Shown: positions 38,499 through 52,000 of the stretch, one piece after another
Layout of the letters: each line of letters opens with the position of its first letter
Position numbering within the stretch: position 1 is the first letter of the stretch
The notes under the pieces: model-generated
Seen by the model: only the letters and a program-made list of their open reading frames with translations
What the model was told of the DNA's origin: nothing
Database searches by the model: none
Source: Antedon mediterranea
Taxonomy: Eukaryota; Animalia; Echinodermata
Direction: 5' to 3'
NCBI RefSeq assembly: GCF_964355755.1
Contig: NC_092673.1
Location: 20,581,648 to 20,645,647, forward strand
Length of the DNA stretch: 64,000 nucleotides
Made by a program: the position numbers and the translations under genes

Positions 38499-38821
38499 AG
38501 ATGTATTGTCCCCCGGAAAAATAATGTTTTCACTTAAGCCCCTTTCTCACAGAGCTGTGTGCCAGGAATGTTGCGGGAATATACCATTACTATGCCGGTA
38601 TGGTTTTCTTTCAAAATAAACGGTTAAATTCAATCAAAAACCAATTGGCTGGCAGCCAATTTGACTATTATTGTTGCTCTGTTTTTTAAGATGTTTTTTT
38701 TTCTCGATCAAGTTGTTAGTAAAAAGTGAATAACTATTAATTATGTAACCTTAAATTGCATATTATTATTCAACCAAAATTAGTGACATATTGTTTTAAG
38801 GTGGACAATAGGCCTACATCT
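38499..38821. mobile_element. Degenerate Kolobok-like MITE
   Basis: agatgtattgtcc ... ggacaata[ggccta]catct|ttaa. A related left end lies at 27948. Confidence 0.6.
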
Positions 38822-39263
38822 TTAAAACTTGACAGTCGTATGAGAACTAGTATCTTTATACAAAACTGAAACAAAGTTTTAGTTTACATCCAAAATATTC
38901 CAGCGCAACGCAACGGAGGATCATTAATACAGAGTGGAAGGGGAAATGGGGCAGGGCAAACTAAACGTCATTGGAAAATAAATTGCGGATTGTTTGATTG
39001 CATTTGCCGAAAATTTAGAGGTCCAGGTGTGAGGGAGGTTCCCCACTTCGTCTTGCTTAGTGCAAGGAGGTATACACATTCTTTTATACCTCGACCCTGC
39101 TTAGTGTAGTATGATGTGTAGAAATTGCAAAACAACACGTACCATGTCAATGGACCTGAATGAACTTTATATTGATTTAAAAACGTAGCTTTTTACAACA
39201 CCCTAGTGAACTTCTCATCGTGTACGTTGTTATGTATTTACCATTCATACCAACTGTGTGTAA

Positions 39264-39356
39264 AGCTCTGTGTCCAAATATGGTAGTGATATGACATCAT
39301 CATGTCCATATATGGGCACATCACATTTTTTTTTGTCACATAAAGTTTGATAGTGA
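39264..39356. mobile_element. Internally deleted AGCTCTGTCTACAC-family MITE
   Basis: agctctgt joined to the core atggtagtgatatgacatcatcatgtccatatatgggcac...aagtttgatagtg. Confidence 0.75.
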
Positions 39357-40084
39357 TATTGAATAATTACCATGAAAAAAAGAGGCATCTTACGGTACTA
39401 TGCGCGCGTAAATATATAAATGATGCATAAAGCCCCGATATAGGCGGCCCCTCATATTATTATTCATCTTTAAACAACTGTGAAATAAATACGTCATAAA
39501 AATGAACTACTAAAATCAGAACGTGTACTTACAAGTGACATTTCGAGAATTAATTGTAGTACTGTAAGGCCTAGTTAGTGACAATACTGTGTTTACACGC
39601 TAAGCTTCCTTTACCTGCCTGTGACAAGACAAGCGAACAGAATAAAAGATGAACAGACAACGAAGAAGAAGCAATAGAGGCGACACAAAGGTACATCAAT
39701 GGCTAGATTCATTTATGTGCGTATAATAGTAGGTTTCGAGGTGGTGAAGAGGACAAATTACCAAAGATCTGGCCTACTACAGCGCTCAGTCGCATTAGGT
39801 CTCACAAAATACTGAAATATAAACACTGAATCCAAGATTCTTCACCCCAGGCCTTGATACCTAATCTGAACTCGAGTCAAATTACAAAGTGATGATGGTG
39901 GAGAAGAATCGCTCGCCGGGCGCTGACGTTTTGGTTTTTGATTTCTTTTTTAGGTTCAACATTTATTATTTTATCATACACACTAACATACACTTAACAT
40001 TCTCTTATTTAGGCCTCAACTCTGAAAAATATTGTTTTGGTCTATTAACTTTTATGTCTATCAATGATGATGTTTTTCCTCTTT

Positions 40085-43000
40085 TTAGTTATCCGCTTGG
40101 TATACCAAGCGGATAACTCCTTGTGATTGTATGAGATCAACAGTTTTTTTCTGTATTATTAGTTATCCGCTTAGTAGCGGATAACTCCTTGTAATCGTCC
40201 TGGATCTTTTTTTTTTTTTTCTTTATTAGTTATCCGCATTCAGCGGATAACTCCTTGTAACTGTCCTGTTTCATCATCTTTTTAGTTATCCGCTTAGTAG
40301 CGGATAACTCCTTGTGATTGTAGTGGATCAATATTTTTTTTTTAGTTATCCGCATTGAGCGGATAACTCCTTGTAACTGTCCTGTTACTTTTTTTTAGTT
40401 ATCCGCTTAGTAGCGGATAACTCCTTGTGATTGTAGTGGATCAATATTTTTTTTTTTTTTTTCTGTATTCTTCTTATTTCTTTCCCATTTTTTTGTGAGT
40501 CACGTTTCTCTAAAATGTGTAAACATAACATTTTATAACTTTGACAACATGTGGGCATTTACGTGAAGTTGTGCATCTCCTATTTTGAATGACGTCAGAG
40601 TTGCGCAACGTGACTTGCGCGCGATTTTATGATTTTTAATGATTGATCATAGCTTAAAAACCAAGAGTAATTTTTTTTTTACCCTTTATGAAAATTTAAG
40701 TCATATCAAGGGCAAATTGTTAGTGCACTAAAAATGGCATGTTTTACAAAAAGTTACGCGTGCACGCGCATTTAAAATTTCAAAATGCGCAAAATTAATT
40801 TCTAATCAACTTTCTACGCGTTTCATGTCATTTTAAGCATGTAAAAAATTCCCACGCGTGCGCACATTTTTGCGTGTGCGGTGCGCACGTAGCATTAAAA
40901 ACATATTTTTTTCGAGTGATTTATGTTTTTCCAGCCTTTTATAGTAATTTTACCAACTTTTAAACACTTCCGACTTAAAGTTACGTCATACGAGCACGTC
41001 GAATTGGACAATTTGCGCACGTTTTTGATGAAAAAGTACAAAAATTTGTCAAAATTATGCCTTTTTTTAAACAGTCGTAATTTCTAAACTACACGGTCAA
41101 CTTTTTGTGGATGACATATTCCGGAAGTTGATGAGTTGTAGATATCAGATCATGTATTAATATGGCTAACCGGACATTTTAACGTCATCGTATGGCCACG
41201 CGAATATAAAATTGAGGATTTTTGTATCTTTCGTCATAGCTCATCACATTTAATAGAGCCATTCTCCACTTATCCATTTTCCATTTTCACCCCGATTTTG
41301 ATATTGTCTAGGTCAATCAACTATCTTTCGCATGAGTTAAAAATATTTTAATTATTATGACGTCATCATGCCTAAAAATTTAAATTACATGTGGCATTAA
41401 TTTCATCTTTACAGAAAATTTTAATCTGTTATAGCTCGTAAGAATAAAATGTGATAATCACGATTAAAACGTTTTCTGGAAGATATTGGATTGTAGATAC
41501 AAAATCATGTAAACATTTGGCAAATCGGATGTTGTGACGTCATCATATGGCCAGTTAAATAAAAAAAGTCGTATTTTCATATTTTGCGTCATAGTTCATT
41601 ACATTTAAAAGAGCGCGCATTAATATTTCACGTATTAAAATTTCTTCTACACGTTAATATGTTGTTGCTGAGATAATTTCCTTCCGAAATTGCTATATCA
41701 GTGTTTCATTTTCATACCGTCACCATGTTAAAAATTGGAATAAATGACGGGACCCGTAATTTCGCCTATCCTACACTGTAATAATATGTATACAGATTAT
41801 ACTATGTATACTGTAAATAGTATATGACACAAAATATACAGCATTTAGCACTAACAACATATTATACTCTTCAGTTCATGTCAATATGCCATAATCTTTT
41901 TCTGTGTCCAATATATGACGTGCACGTGGCGTTTGTCGTGCGGATAACTAACTCGTCAAAGTGACGAGTTTCATGTCTAGTATTTTTTTTTTTTTTCTGT
42001 ATTATTAGTTATCCGCTTAGTAGCGGATAACTCCTTGTAATCGTCCTGTTTCATCATATTTTTTTTTTTTTTCTGTATTATACTTCTTTCCTTCTGTCAT
42101 TTTTGTGCGTCGTGTTTCTCTAAAACGTGTAAACAGAACATATCGTAACTTTCTCAACATATCGACATTTACGTGAACTTGTGCACCTCCTATTTTTGAA
42201 TGACGTCAGAGTTGCGCAACGTGACTTATGCGCGATTTTATGAATTTCAATGATTGATCATAGACTAAAAACCAAACATAATTTTGTTTTGACACTTTGT
42301 GAAAATTTAAGTCATATCAAGCGCAAACTTTCTATGGATTAAAAATAGCATGTTTCACAAAAAGTTACGCGCGCACGCGCGTTTAAAATTTTACTATGGG
42401 AAAAATCAACTTCTAATCAACTTTCTATGCGTTTCATGTCATTTTGAGCATGTCAAAAATTCCCACGCGCGCGAAAATTTTTACGCACGCGGTGCACACG
42501 AAGCGTTAAAAACATATTTTTTTTGCATGATTTATGTTTTTTCAGCCTTTTCTAGTAATGTTACCAACTTTTAAACAATTTCGACTTAAAATTACGTCAT
42601 ACGAGCACGTCGAATTAGATAATTTGCACGCGTTTTTGGTGAAAAAGTTCCAAAATTCGTCAAAATTATGCCTATTTTTAAACAGTCATAGATTCTAAAC
42701 TACATGGAGAACTTTTTTTTAATTACATATTCTGGAAGTTGATGAGTTGTAGATATCGAATCATGCATTAATATGGCTAACCGAACATTGTGACGTCATC
42801 GTATGGCCACGCGAATATAAAATATAGGATTTTTGTCTCTTTCGTAATAGCTCATCACATTTAATAGAGCGCATCTCCACTTATTTTTTGTCCATTTTCA
42901 CCCCGATTTTAATATATTCTAGGTCAATCAACTATCTTTTGCATGAATTAAGAATTTTTTAATTTGTTTAACGTCATCATGCCTAAAAATTTAAATTACG

Positions 43001-46000
43001 TTGGTCATTAATTTCATCTTTACAGTAAATTTTAATCTGTTATAGCTCGTAAGAATAAAATGTGATAATCACAATTAAAACATTTACAGGATGCTATTGT
43101 ATAGTAGATACAAAATCATGTGAAAATTGTGCCAATCGAATGTTGTGACGTCATCATATGGCCAGTTGAATAAAAAAAGTCGTATTTTCATATTTTGCGT
43201 AATAGTTCATCACATTTAAAAGGGTGCACATCTATATTTTACGTATTCAAATTTCTTCTACACGTTAATATGTTTTTCCTGAGATAATTTCCTTCTGAAA
43301 TTGCTATCTAAGTGTTTCATTTTGATACCGTCGCCATGTTAAAAATTGGAATAAATGGCGGGTCCCGTAATTTCACCTATTCTACACTGTATGTAATATG
43401 TATACAGATTATAATGTTTGCATGTATATACTATATGACACAAAATTGACAGAATTCAGCACTAACAGCATATCTTATTCTTCAGTTCTTGTCATAATGC
43501 CATAATCTTTATCTGTGTGCAATATTCCAACGTATGACGTGCACGTGGCGTTTGTCGTGGTGCGGATAACTAACTCGTCAAAGTGACGAGTTTCATGTCT
43601 AGTACTTCTTTCCTTCTGTCATTTTTGTGCGTCGCGTTTCTCTAAAACTTGTAAACAGAACATATCGTAACTTTGTCAACATATCGACATTTACGTGAAC
43701 TTGTGCACCTCCTATTTTTGAATGACGTCAGAGTTGCGCAACGTGACTTACGCGCGATTTTATGAATTTCAATGATTGATCATAGACTAAAAACGAAACA
43801 TAATTTTGTTTTGACACTTTGTGAAAATTTAAGTCACATCAAGCGCAAACTTTCTATGGATTAAAAATAGCATGTTTCACAAAAAGTTACGCGCGCACGC
43901 GCGTTTAAAATTTTAGAGTGCGAAAAATCAACTTCTAATCAACTTTCTATGCGTTTCATGTCATTTTGAGCATGTCAAAAATTCCCACGCGCGTGAAACT
44001 TTTTACGCACGCGGTACACACGTAGCGTTAAAAACATATTTTTTTCGCGTGATTTATGTTTTTTCAGCCTTTTATAGTAATGTTACCAACTTTTAAACAA
44101 TTTCGACTTAAAATTACGTCATACGAGCACGTCGAATTAAATAATTTGCACGCGTTTCTGGTGAAAAAGTTCAAAAATTCGTCAAAATTATGCCTATTTT
44201 TAAACAGTCATAGATTCTAAACTACATGGAGAACTTTTTTTAAATTACATATTCTGGAAGTTGATGAGTTGTAGATATCGAATCATGCATTAATATGGCT
44301 AACCGGACATTGTGACGTCATCGTATGGCCACGCGAATATAAAATATAGGATTTTTGTCTCTTTCGTCATAGCTCATCACATTTAATAGAGCGCATCTCC
44401 ACTTATTCGTTGTCCATTTTCACCCCGATTTTAATATATTCTAGGTCAATCAACTATCTTTTGCATGAATTAAAAATTTTTCAATTTTTTTAACGTCATC
44501 ATGCCTAAAAATTTAAATTACATTGGTCATTAATTTCATCTTTACAGTAAATTTTAATCTGTTATAGCTCGTAAGAATAAAATGTGATAATCACGATTAA
44601 AACGTTTTCAGGAAGCTATTGTATAGTAGATACAAAATCATGTGAAATTTTGCCAATCGAATGTTGTGACGTTACCATATGGCCAGTTAAATACAAAAAG
44701 TCGTATTTTCATCTTTTGCGTTATATTTCATTACATTTAAAAGAGCGCGCATCAATATTTCACGTATTCCAATTTCTTCTACACGTTAATATGTTGTTGC
44801 TGAGATAATTTCATTCTGAAATTTCTACTTTTGCATTTCATTTTGAAACCGTCAAGATGTTAAAAATTACAATAAAATACGGGTCCCGTAATTTCACCTA
44901 TTTTACACTGTTTGTGATATGTATACAGATTGTACTGTGTATACTATATGACACAAAATAACAGAATTCAGAAATAACAACATATCATATTCTTCAGTTC
45001 AGGTCATAATGCCTTAATATTTTTCTGTGCGCGATATTGTAACGTATGACGTGCACGTGGCGTTTGTCGAGCGGATAACTAACTCGTCAAAGTGACGAGT
45101 TTCATGTCTAGTACTTCTTTCCTTCTGTCATTTTTGTGCGTCGCGTTTCTCTAAAACGTGTAAACAGAACATATCGTAACTTTGTCAACATATCGACATT
45201 TACGTGAACTTGTGCACCTCCTATTTTTGAATGACGTCAGAGTTGCGCAACGTGACTTACGCGCGATTTTATGAATTTCAATGATTGATCATAGACTAAA
45301 AACGAAACATAATTTTGTTTTGACACTTTGTGAAAATTTAAGTCACATCAAGCGCTAACTTTCTATGGATTAAAAATAGCATGTTTCACAAAAAGTTACG
45401 CGCGCACGCGCGTTTAAAATTTTAGAATGCGAAAAATCAACTTCTAATCAACTTTCTATGCGTTTCATGTCATTTTGAGCATGTCAAAAATTCCCACGCG
45501 CGCGAAACTTTTTACGCACGCGGTACACACGTAGCGTTAAAAACATATTTTTTTCGCGTGATTTATGTTTTTTCAGCCTTTTATAGTAATGTTACCAACT
45601 TTTAAACAATTTCGACTTAAAATTACGTCATACGAGCACGTCGAATTAAATAATTTGCACGCGTTTCTGGTGAAAAAGTTCAAAAATTCGTCAAAATTAT
45701 GCCTATTTTTAAACAGTCATAGATTCTAAACTACATGGAGAACTTTTTTTAAATTACATATTCTGGAAGTTGATGAGTTGTAGATATCGAATCATGCATT
45801 AATATGGCTAACCGGACATTGTGACGTCATCGTATGGCCACGCGAATATAAAATATAGGATTTTTGTCTCTTTCGTCATAGCTCATCACATTTAATAGAG
45901 CGCATCTCCAGTTATTCGTTGTCCATTTTCACCCCGATTTTAATATATTCTAGGTCAATCAACTATCTTTTGCATGAATTAAAAATTTTTTAATTTTTTT

Positions 46001-49000
46001 AACGTCATCATGCCTAAAAATTTAAATTACATTGGTCATTAATTTCATCTTTACAGTAAATTTTAATCTGTAATAGCTCGTAAGAATAAAATGTGATAAT
46101 CACGATTAAAACGTTTTCTGGAAGCTATTGGATTGTAGATACGAATTCATGTAAACATTTTGCCAATCGGATGTTGTGACGTCATCATATGGCCAGTTGA
46201 ATAAAAAAAGTCGTATTTTCATATTTTGCGTAATAGTTCATCACATTTAAAAGGGTGCGCATCTATATTTTACGTATTCAAATTTCTTCTACACGTTAAT
46301 ATGTTGTTTCTGAGATAATTTCCTTCTGAAATTGATATTTAAGTGTTTCATTTTGATACCGTCGCCATGTTAAAAATTTGAATAAATGGCGGGTCTCGTA
46401 ATTTCACCTATTCTACACTGTATGTAATATGTATACAGATTATACTGTTTGCATGTATATACTATATGACACAAAATTGACAGAATTCAGCACTAACAGC
46501 ATATCATATTCTTCAGTTCTTGTCATAATGCCATAATCTTTATCTGTGTGCAATATTCTAACGTATGACGTGCACGTGGCGTTTGTCGTTGTGCGGATAA
46601 CTAACTCGTCAAAGTGACGAGTTTCATGTCTAGTTTTTCTTTCCTTCTCCCCCATTTTTGTGTCTCACGTATCTCAAAAACTTGTAAACATAACATGTTA
46701 TAACTTTGTCAGCATGAGGGCATTCACGTGAAGTTGTGCACCTCCTATTTTTGAATTATGTCAGAGTTGCGCAACATGACTTACGCGCGATTTTATGAAT
46801 TTCACATATTTAACATAGGTCAAAAACCAAATAACATTTTAAATTGAAACTTTGCAAAAGTTTAATTTATATCATGCGCTAACTTTTTGTTGAAAAAAAA
46901 ATGCGTGTTTTACAAAAAGTTACGCGCGTACGCGCATTTAAAATTTCAAAATGCGCAAAATTAATTTCTAATCAACTTTCTACGCGTTTCATGTCATTTT
47001 GAGCATGTCAAAAATTCCCATGCGCGCGCAAATTTTTACGCGCGCGGAGCACACGTACCGTTAAAAACAGATTTTTTTCGCGTGATTTATGTTTTTTCAG
47101 CCTTTTCTAGTAATTTTACCAACTTTTAAACAATTTCGACTTCAAATTACGTCATACGGGCACGTCGAATTGGATAATTTATGTGCGTTTTTGATGAAAA
47201 AGTTCAAAAATTTGTCAAAATTTGTCAAAATTATACCTTTTTTTAAACAGTCGTAGTTTCTAAACTAAACGGTAAAAGTTATTTTTATTACGTATTTTGG
47301 AAGATGATGAGTTGTAGATCATGTATCATGCATCAATACGGCTTACCGGACATTGTGACGTCATCGTATGGCCATGCGAATATAAAAAATAGAATTTTTG
47401 TATCTTTCATCATAGCTCGTCACATTTAATAGAGCGCATCTCCAATTATCTGTTTTCCATTTTCACCCCGATTTTGATATTGTCTAGGTCAATCAACTAT
47501 ATTAGCATGAGTTAAAAATATTTTAATTTTTATGACGTCATCAAGCCTAAAAATTTAAATTACGTGTGGCATTAATTTCATCTTTACAGTAAATTTCAAT
47601 CTGTTATAGCTCGTCAGAATAAAACGTGATAATCATGATTAAAACGTTTTCTGGAAGCTATTGGATTGTAGATACGAATTCATGTAAACATTTTGCCAAT
47701 CGGATGTTGTGACGTCATCATATGGCCAGTTGAATAAAAAAAGTCGTATTTTCATATTTTGCGTAATAGTTCATCACATTTAAAAGAGCGCGCATCTATA
47801 TTTTACGTATTCAAATTTCTTCCACACGTTAATATGTTGTTGCTGAGATAATTTCCTTCCGAAATTGGTATCTTAGTGTTTTATTTTGATACCGAAGCCG
47901 TGTTAAAAATAAGTATAAACGGGGGGACCCGTAATTTCACCTATTCTACACTGTATGTAACATGTATACAGATTATACCGTTTGCACTGTATATACTATA
48001 TGACACAAAATTGACAGAATTCAGCACTAACAGCATATGATATTCTTCAGTTCAGGTCATAATGTCATAATCTTTTTCCGTGTGCAAAATTCCAACGTAT
48101 GACGTGCGCGTGGCGTTTGTCGTGCGGATAACTAACTCGTCAAAGTGACGAGTTTCATGTCTAGTTTTTTTTGGTTATCCGCACTTGGCGGATAACCCCT
48201 TGTTATTGTCAGGATCTTTTTTTTTCTTTTTTTTTTTCTATCTTATTCTTCTTTCTTTCCCGGAATTTTGTTCGCAGCGTATCTCTAATTCTGGCCAATA
48301 TAAGATTGTGTAACTTTGTCATAAGATTGACCTCTAGCTGTAGATGTGCAGGACGTTTCGTTTTTTAACTTTAGAGTCGCGCAGCGTAAGTTACGCGCGA
48401 TTTTATGAATTTCAATGATTGATCATAGCTTAGAAATCAAAAGTCATTTTGTAATGAAACTTGGTGAAAATTTAAGTCATATCAAGCGCAAACTTTCTAT
48501 GGATTAAAAATGGCAAGTTTGACAAAAAGTTACGCGTGCACGCGCGTTTAAAATTTCAAAATGCGAAAAATCAATTTCTAATCAACTTTCTACGCGTTTC
48601 ATGTCATTTTGAGCATTTCAAAAATTCCCTTGCGTGCGCAATTTTTTTACGCGCGCGTGCGCACGTAGCCCAGAAACATCTTTTTTTTGCTTGATTTTTG
48701 TTTTTTCAGCCTTTTCTAGTAAGTTTATCAATTTTAAATCAATTTCGACTTAAAATCACGTCATACGAGCACGTAGAATTAAACAATTTGCGCGCAATTT
48801 TGATGAAAAAGTTCAAAAATTTGTGAAAATTATGCCTTTTTTTAAACAGTCATAGATTCTAAACTACGTCGTAAACTTTTTTATATTTACATATTCTGGT
48901 AGTAGATGAGTTGTAGATATCGAATCATGTATCAATATGGCTATCAGGACATTGTGACGTCATCGTATGGCCACTCGAATATAAAATATAGGATTTTTTT

Positions 49001-52000
49001 CTCTTTCGTATAGCTCATCACATTTAATAGAGCGCATCTCCACTTATCCGTATTCCATTGCCCTCCATTTCTTTATATTGCCTATGTCAATCAATTATCT
49101 TTCGCATGATTCACCATTTTAAAAATTGTTATGACGTCATCATGTGCAAAAGCCTCAATAACTTTGGTCACTTATTTTCACCTATTCTGAACTGTATGTA
49201 GTACGTATACGGTATATAGTGTATACCGTATACACTTTGACGTGACACAAAATAGAGAGCGCACTCACATTTTTTCAATGGCATAATCGTTTTTCTGCGC
49301 GCAATATTCCAACGTATGACGTGCACGTGGCTTTAGGACTGCGGATAACCTAACTCGTCCGTAGTGACGAGTTCAAATCTAGTTCTGTATTCTTCTTATT
49401 TCTTTCCCATTTTTTTGTGAGTCACGTTTCTCTAAAATGTGTAAACATAACATTTTATAACTTTGACAACATGTGGGCATTTACGTGAAGTTGTGCATCT
49501 CCTATTTTGAATGACGTCAGAGTTGCGCAACGTGACTTGCGCGCGATTTTATGATTTTTAATGATTGATCATAGCTTAAAAACCAAGAGTAATTTTTTTT
49601 TTACCCTTTATGGAAATTTAAGTCATATCAAGGGCAAACTGTTAGTGCACTAAAAATGGCATGTTTTACAAAAAGTTACGCGCGCACGCGCATTTAAAAT
49701 TTCAAAATGCGCAAAATTAATTTCTAATCAACTTTCTACGCGTTTCATGTCATTTTAAGCATGTAAAAAATTCCCACGCGTGCGCACATTTTTACGTGTG
49801 CGGTGCGCACGTAGCATTAAAAACATATTTTTTCGAGTGATTTATGTTTTTCCAGCCTTTTATAGTAATTTCACCAACTTTTAAACACTTTCGACTTAAA
49901 GTTACGTCATACGAGCACGTCGAATTGGACAATTTGCGCACGTTTTTGATGAAAAAGTACAAAATTTGTCAAAATTATGCCTTTTTTTAAACAGTCGTAA
50001 TTTCTAAACTACACGGTCAACTTTTTGTGGATGACATATTCCGGAAGTTGATGAGTTGTAGATATCGGATCATGTATTAATATGGCTAACCGGACATTTT
50101 AACGTCATCGTATGGCCACGCGAATATAAAATTGAGGATTTTTGTATCTTTCGTCATAGCTCATCACATTTAATAGAGCGCATCTCCACTTATCCATTTT
50201 CCATTTTCACCCCGATTTTGATATTGTCTAGGTCAATCAACTATCTTTCGCATGAGTTAAAAATATTTTAATTATTATGACGTCATCATGCCTAAAAATT
50301 TTAATTACATGTGGCATTAATTTCATCTTTACAGAAAATTTTAATCTGTTATAGCTCGTAAGAATAAAATGTGATAATCACGATTAAAACGTTTTCTGGA
50401 AGATATTGGATTGTAGATACAAAATCATGTAAACAAATCGGATGTTGTGACGTCATCATATGGCCAGTTAAATAAAAAAAGTCGTATTTTCATATTTTGC
50501 GTCATAGTTTATTACATTTAAAAGAGCGCGCATTAATATTTTACGTATTAAAATTTCTTCTACACGTTAATATGTTGTTGCTGAGATAATTTCCTTCCGA
50601 AATTGCTATATCAGTGTTTCATTTTCATACCGTCACCATGTTAAAAATTGGAATAAATGACGGGACCCGTAATTTCGCCTATCCTACACTGTATTAATAT
50701 GTATACAGATTATACTATGTATACTGTAAATAGTATATGACACAAAATATACAGCATTTAGCACTAACAACATATTATACTCTTCAGATCATGTCAATAT
50801 GCCATAATCTTTTTCTGTGTCCAATGTATGACGTGCATGTGGCGTTTGTCGTGCGGATAACTAACTCGTCAAAGTGACGAGTTTCATGTCTAGTTGGTTA
50901 TCCGCACTTGGCGGATAACCTCTTGTTATTGTCAGGATCTTTTTTTTTTTTTTTTTTTTTTTTTTCTATGTTATTAGTTATCCGCTTAGTAGCGGATAAC
51001 TCCTTGTAATCGTCCTGTTTCATCATATTTTTTTTTTTTTTTTTTGGTTATCCGCAACTTTAAGTTGCGGATAACCCTTGTGATTGTAAATATCTTTTTT
51101 TTCATCTTCTTCTTTGTTATTCTTCTTTCTTTCCCGGATTTTTGTGCGTCGCATATCTCTCATCCTTGTCAACATAAGATTGTATAACTTTGTCAAAAGA
51201 TTGACCTGTAGCTGTAGATGTGCAAGAAACTTTGTTATATGACGTTAGAGTTACGCAGCGTAAGTTATGCGCGATTTTATGAATTTCAATGATTGGTCAT
51301 AGATTATAAACCAAAAGTCGTTTTGTATTGACACTTGGTGAAAATTTAAGTCATATCAAGGGCAAACTTTCTATGGATTAAAAATGACATGTTTCACAAG
51401 AAGTTACGCGCGCACGCGCATTTAAAATTAAAAAATGCGCAAAATTAATTTCTAATCAACTTTCTACGCTGATCATGACATTTTTAGCATGTCAAAAATT
51501 CCCACGCGCGCGAAAAAAATTACGCGTAAGGTGCGCACGGAGCATGAAAATCATGTTTTTTTTTCTTGAATTATGATTTTACAGCCTTTCTTAGTCATTT
51601 AAAAAAAGATTTATATCATTTCAAATTAAAATGACGTCATACGAACACGTTGATTTAGACAATTTGCGTGCGTTTTAGTTGCAAAAGTGACAAAATATTG
51701 TCAAAATTATGCCTACTTTGAATCAATTATAGCTCCTCAGGATCAACCGTTACCCCCAATTTTTTTAATATAATATGTAAGCAGATATGTTGTAGATATG
51801 AATTCATGCAGAATCTTTACCCCTCGGATGTTATGACGTCATCGTATGGCCACACGAATGTAAAATATTGGATTTTTGACTGTTTCGCTATTGCTCATTA
51901 CATTAAATAGAGCGCATATCGCTTATACGTATTCCATTTCCTCAGATATTTTAATACTGTCTAGGTCAATCAACTATCTTTCGCATGAGTTAAAAATATT

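Noticed and set aside
40085-40460. CRISPR-like array of palindromic repeats with short spacers
   Set aside because: Eukaryotic context, no cas genes, and the 'spacers' are related to each other. The repeats are stacked 5' ends of nested elements.
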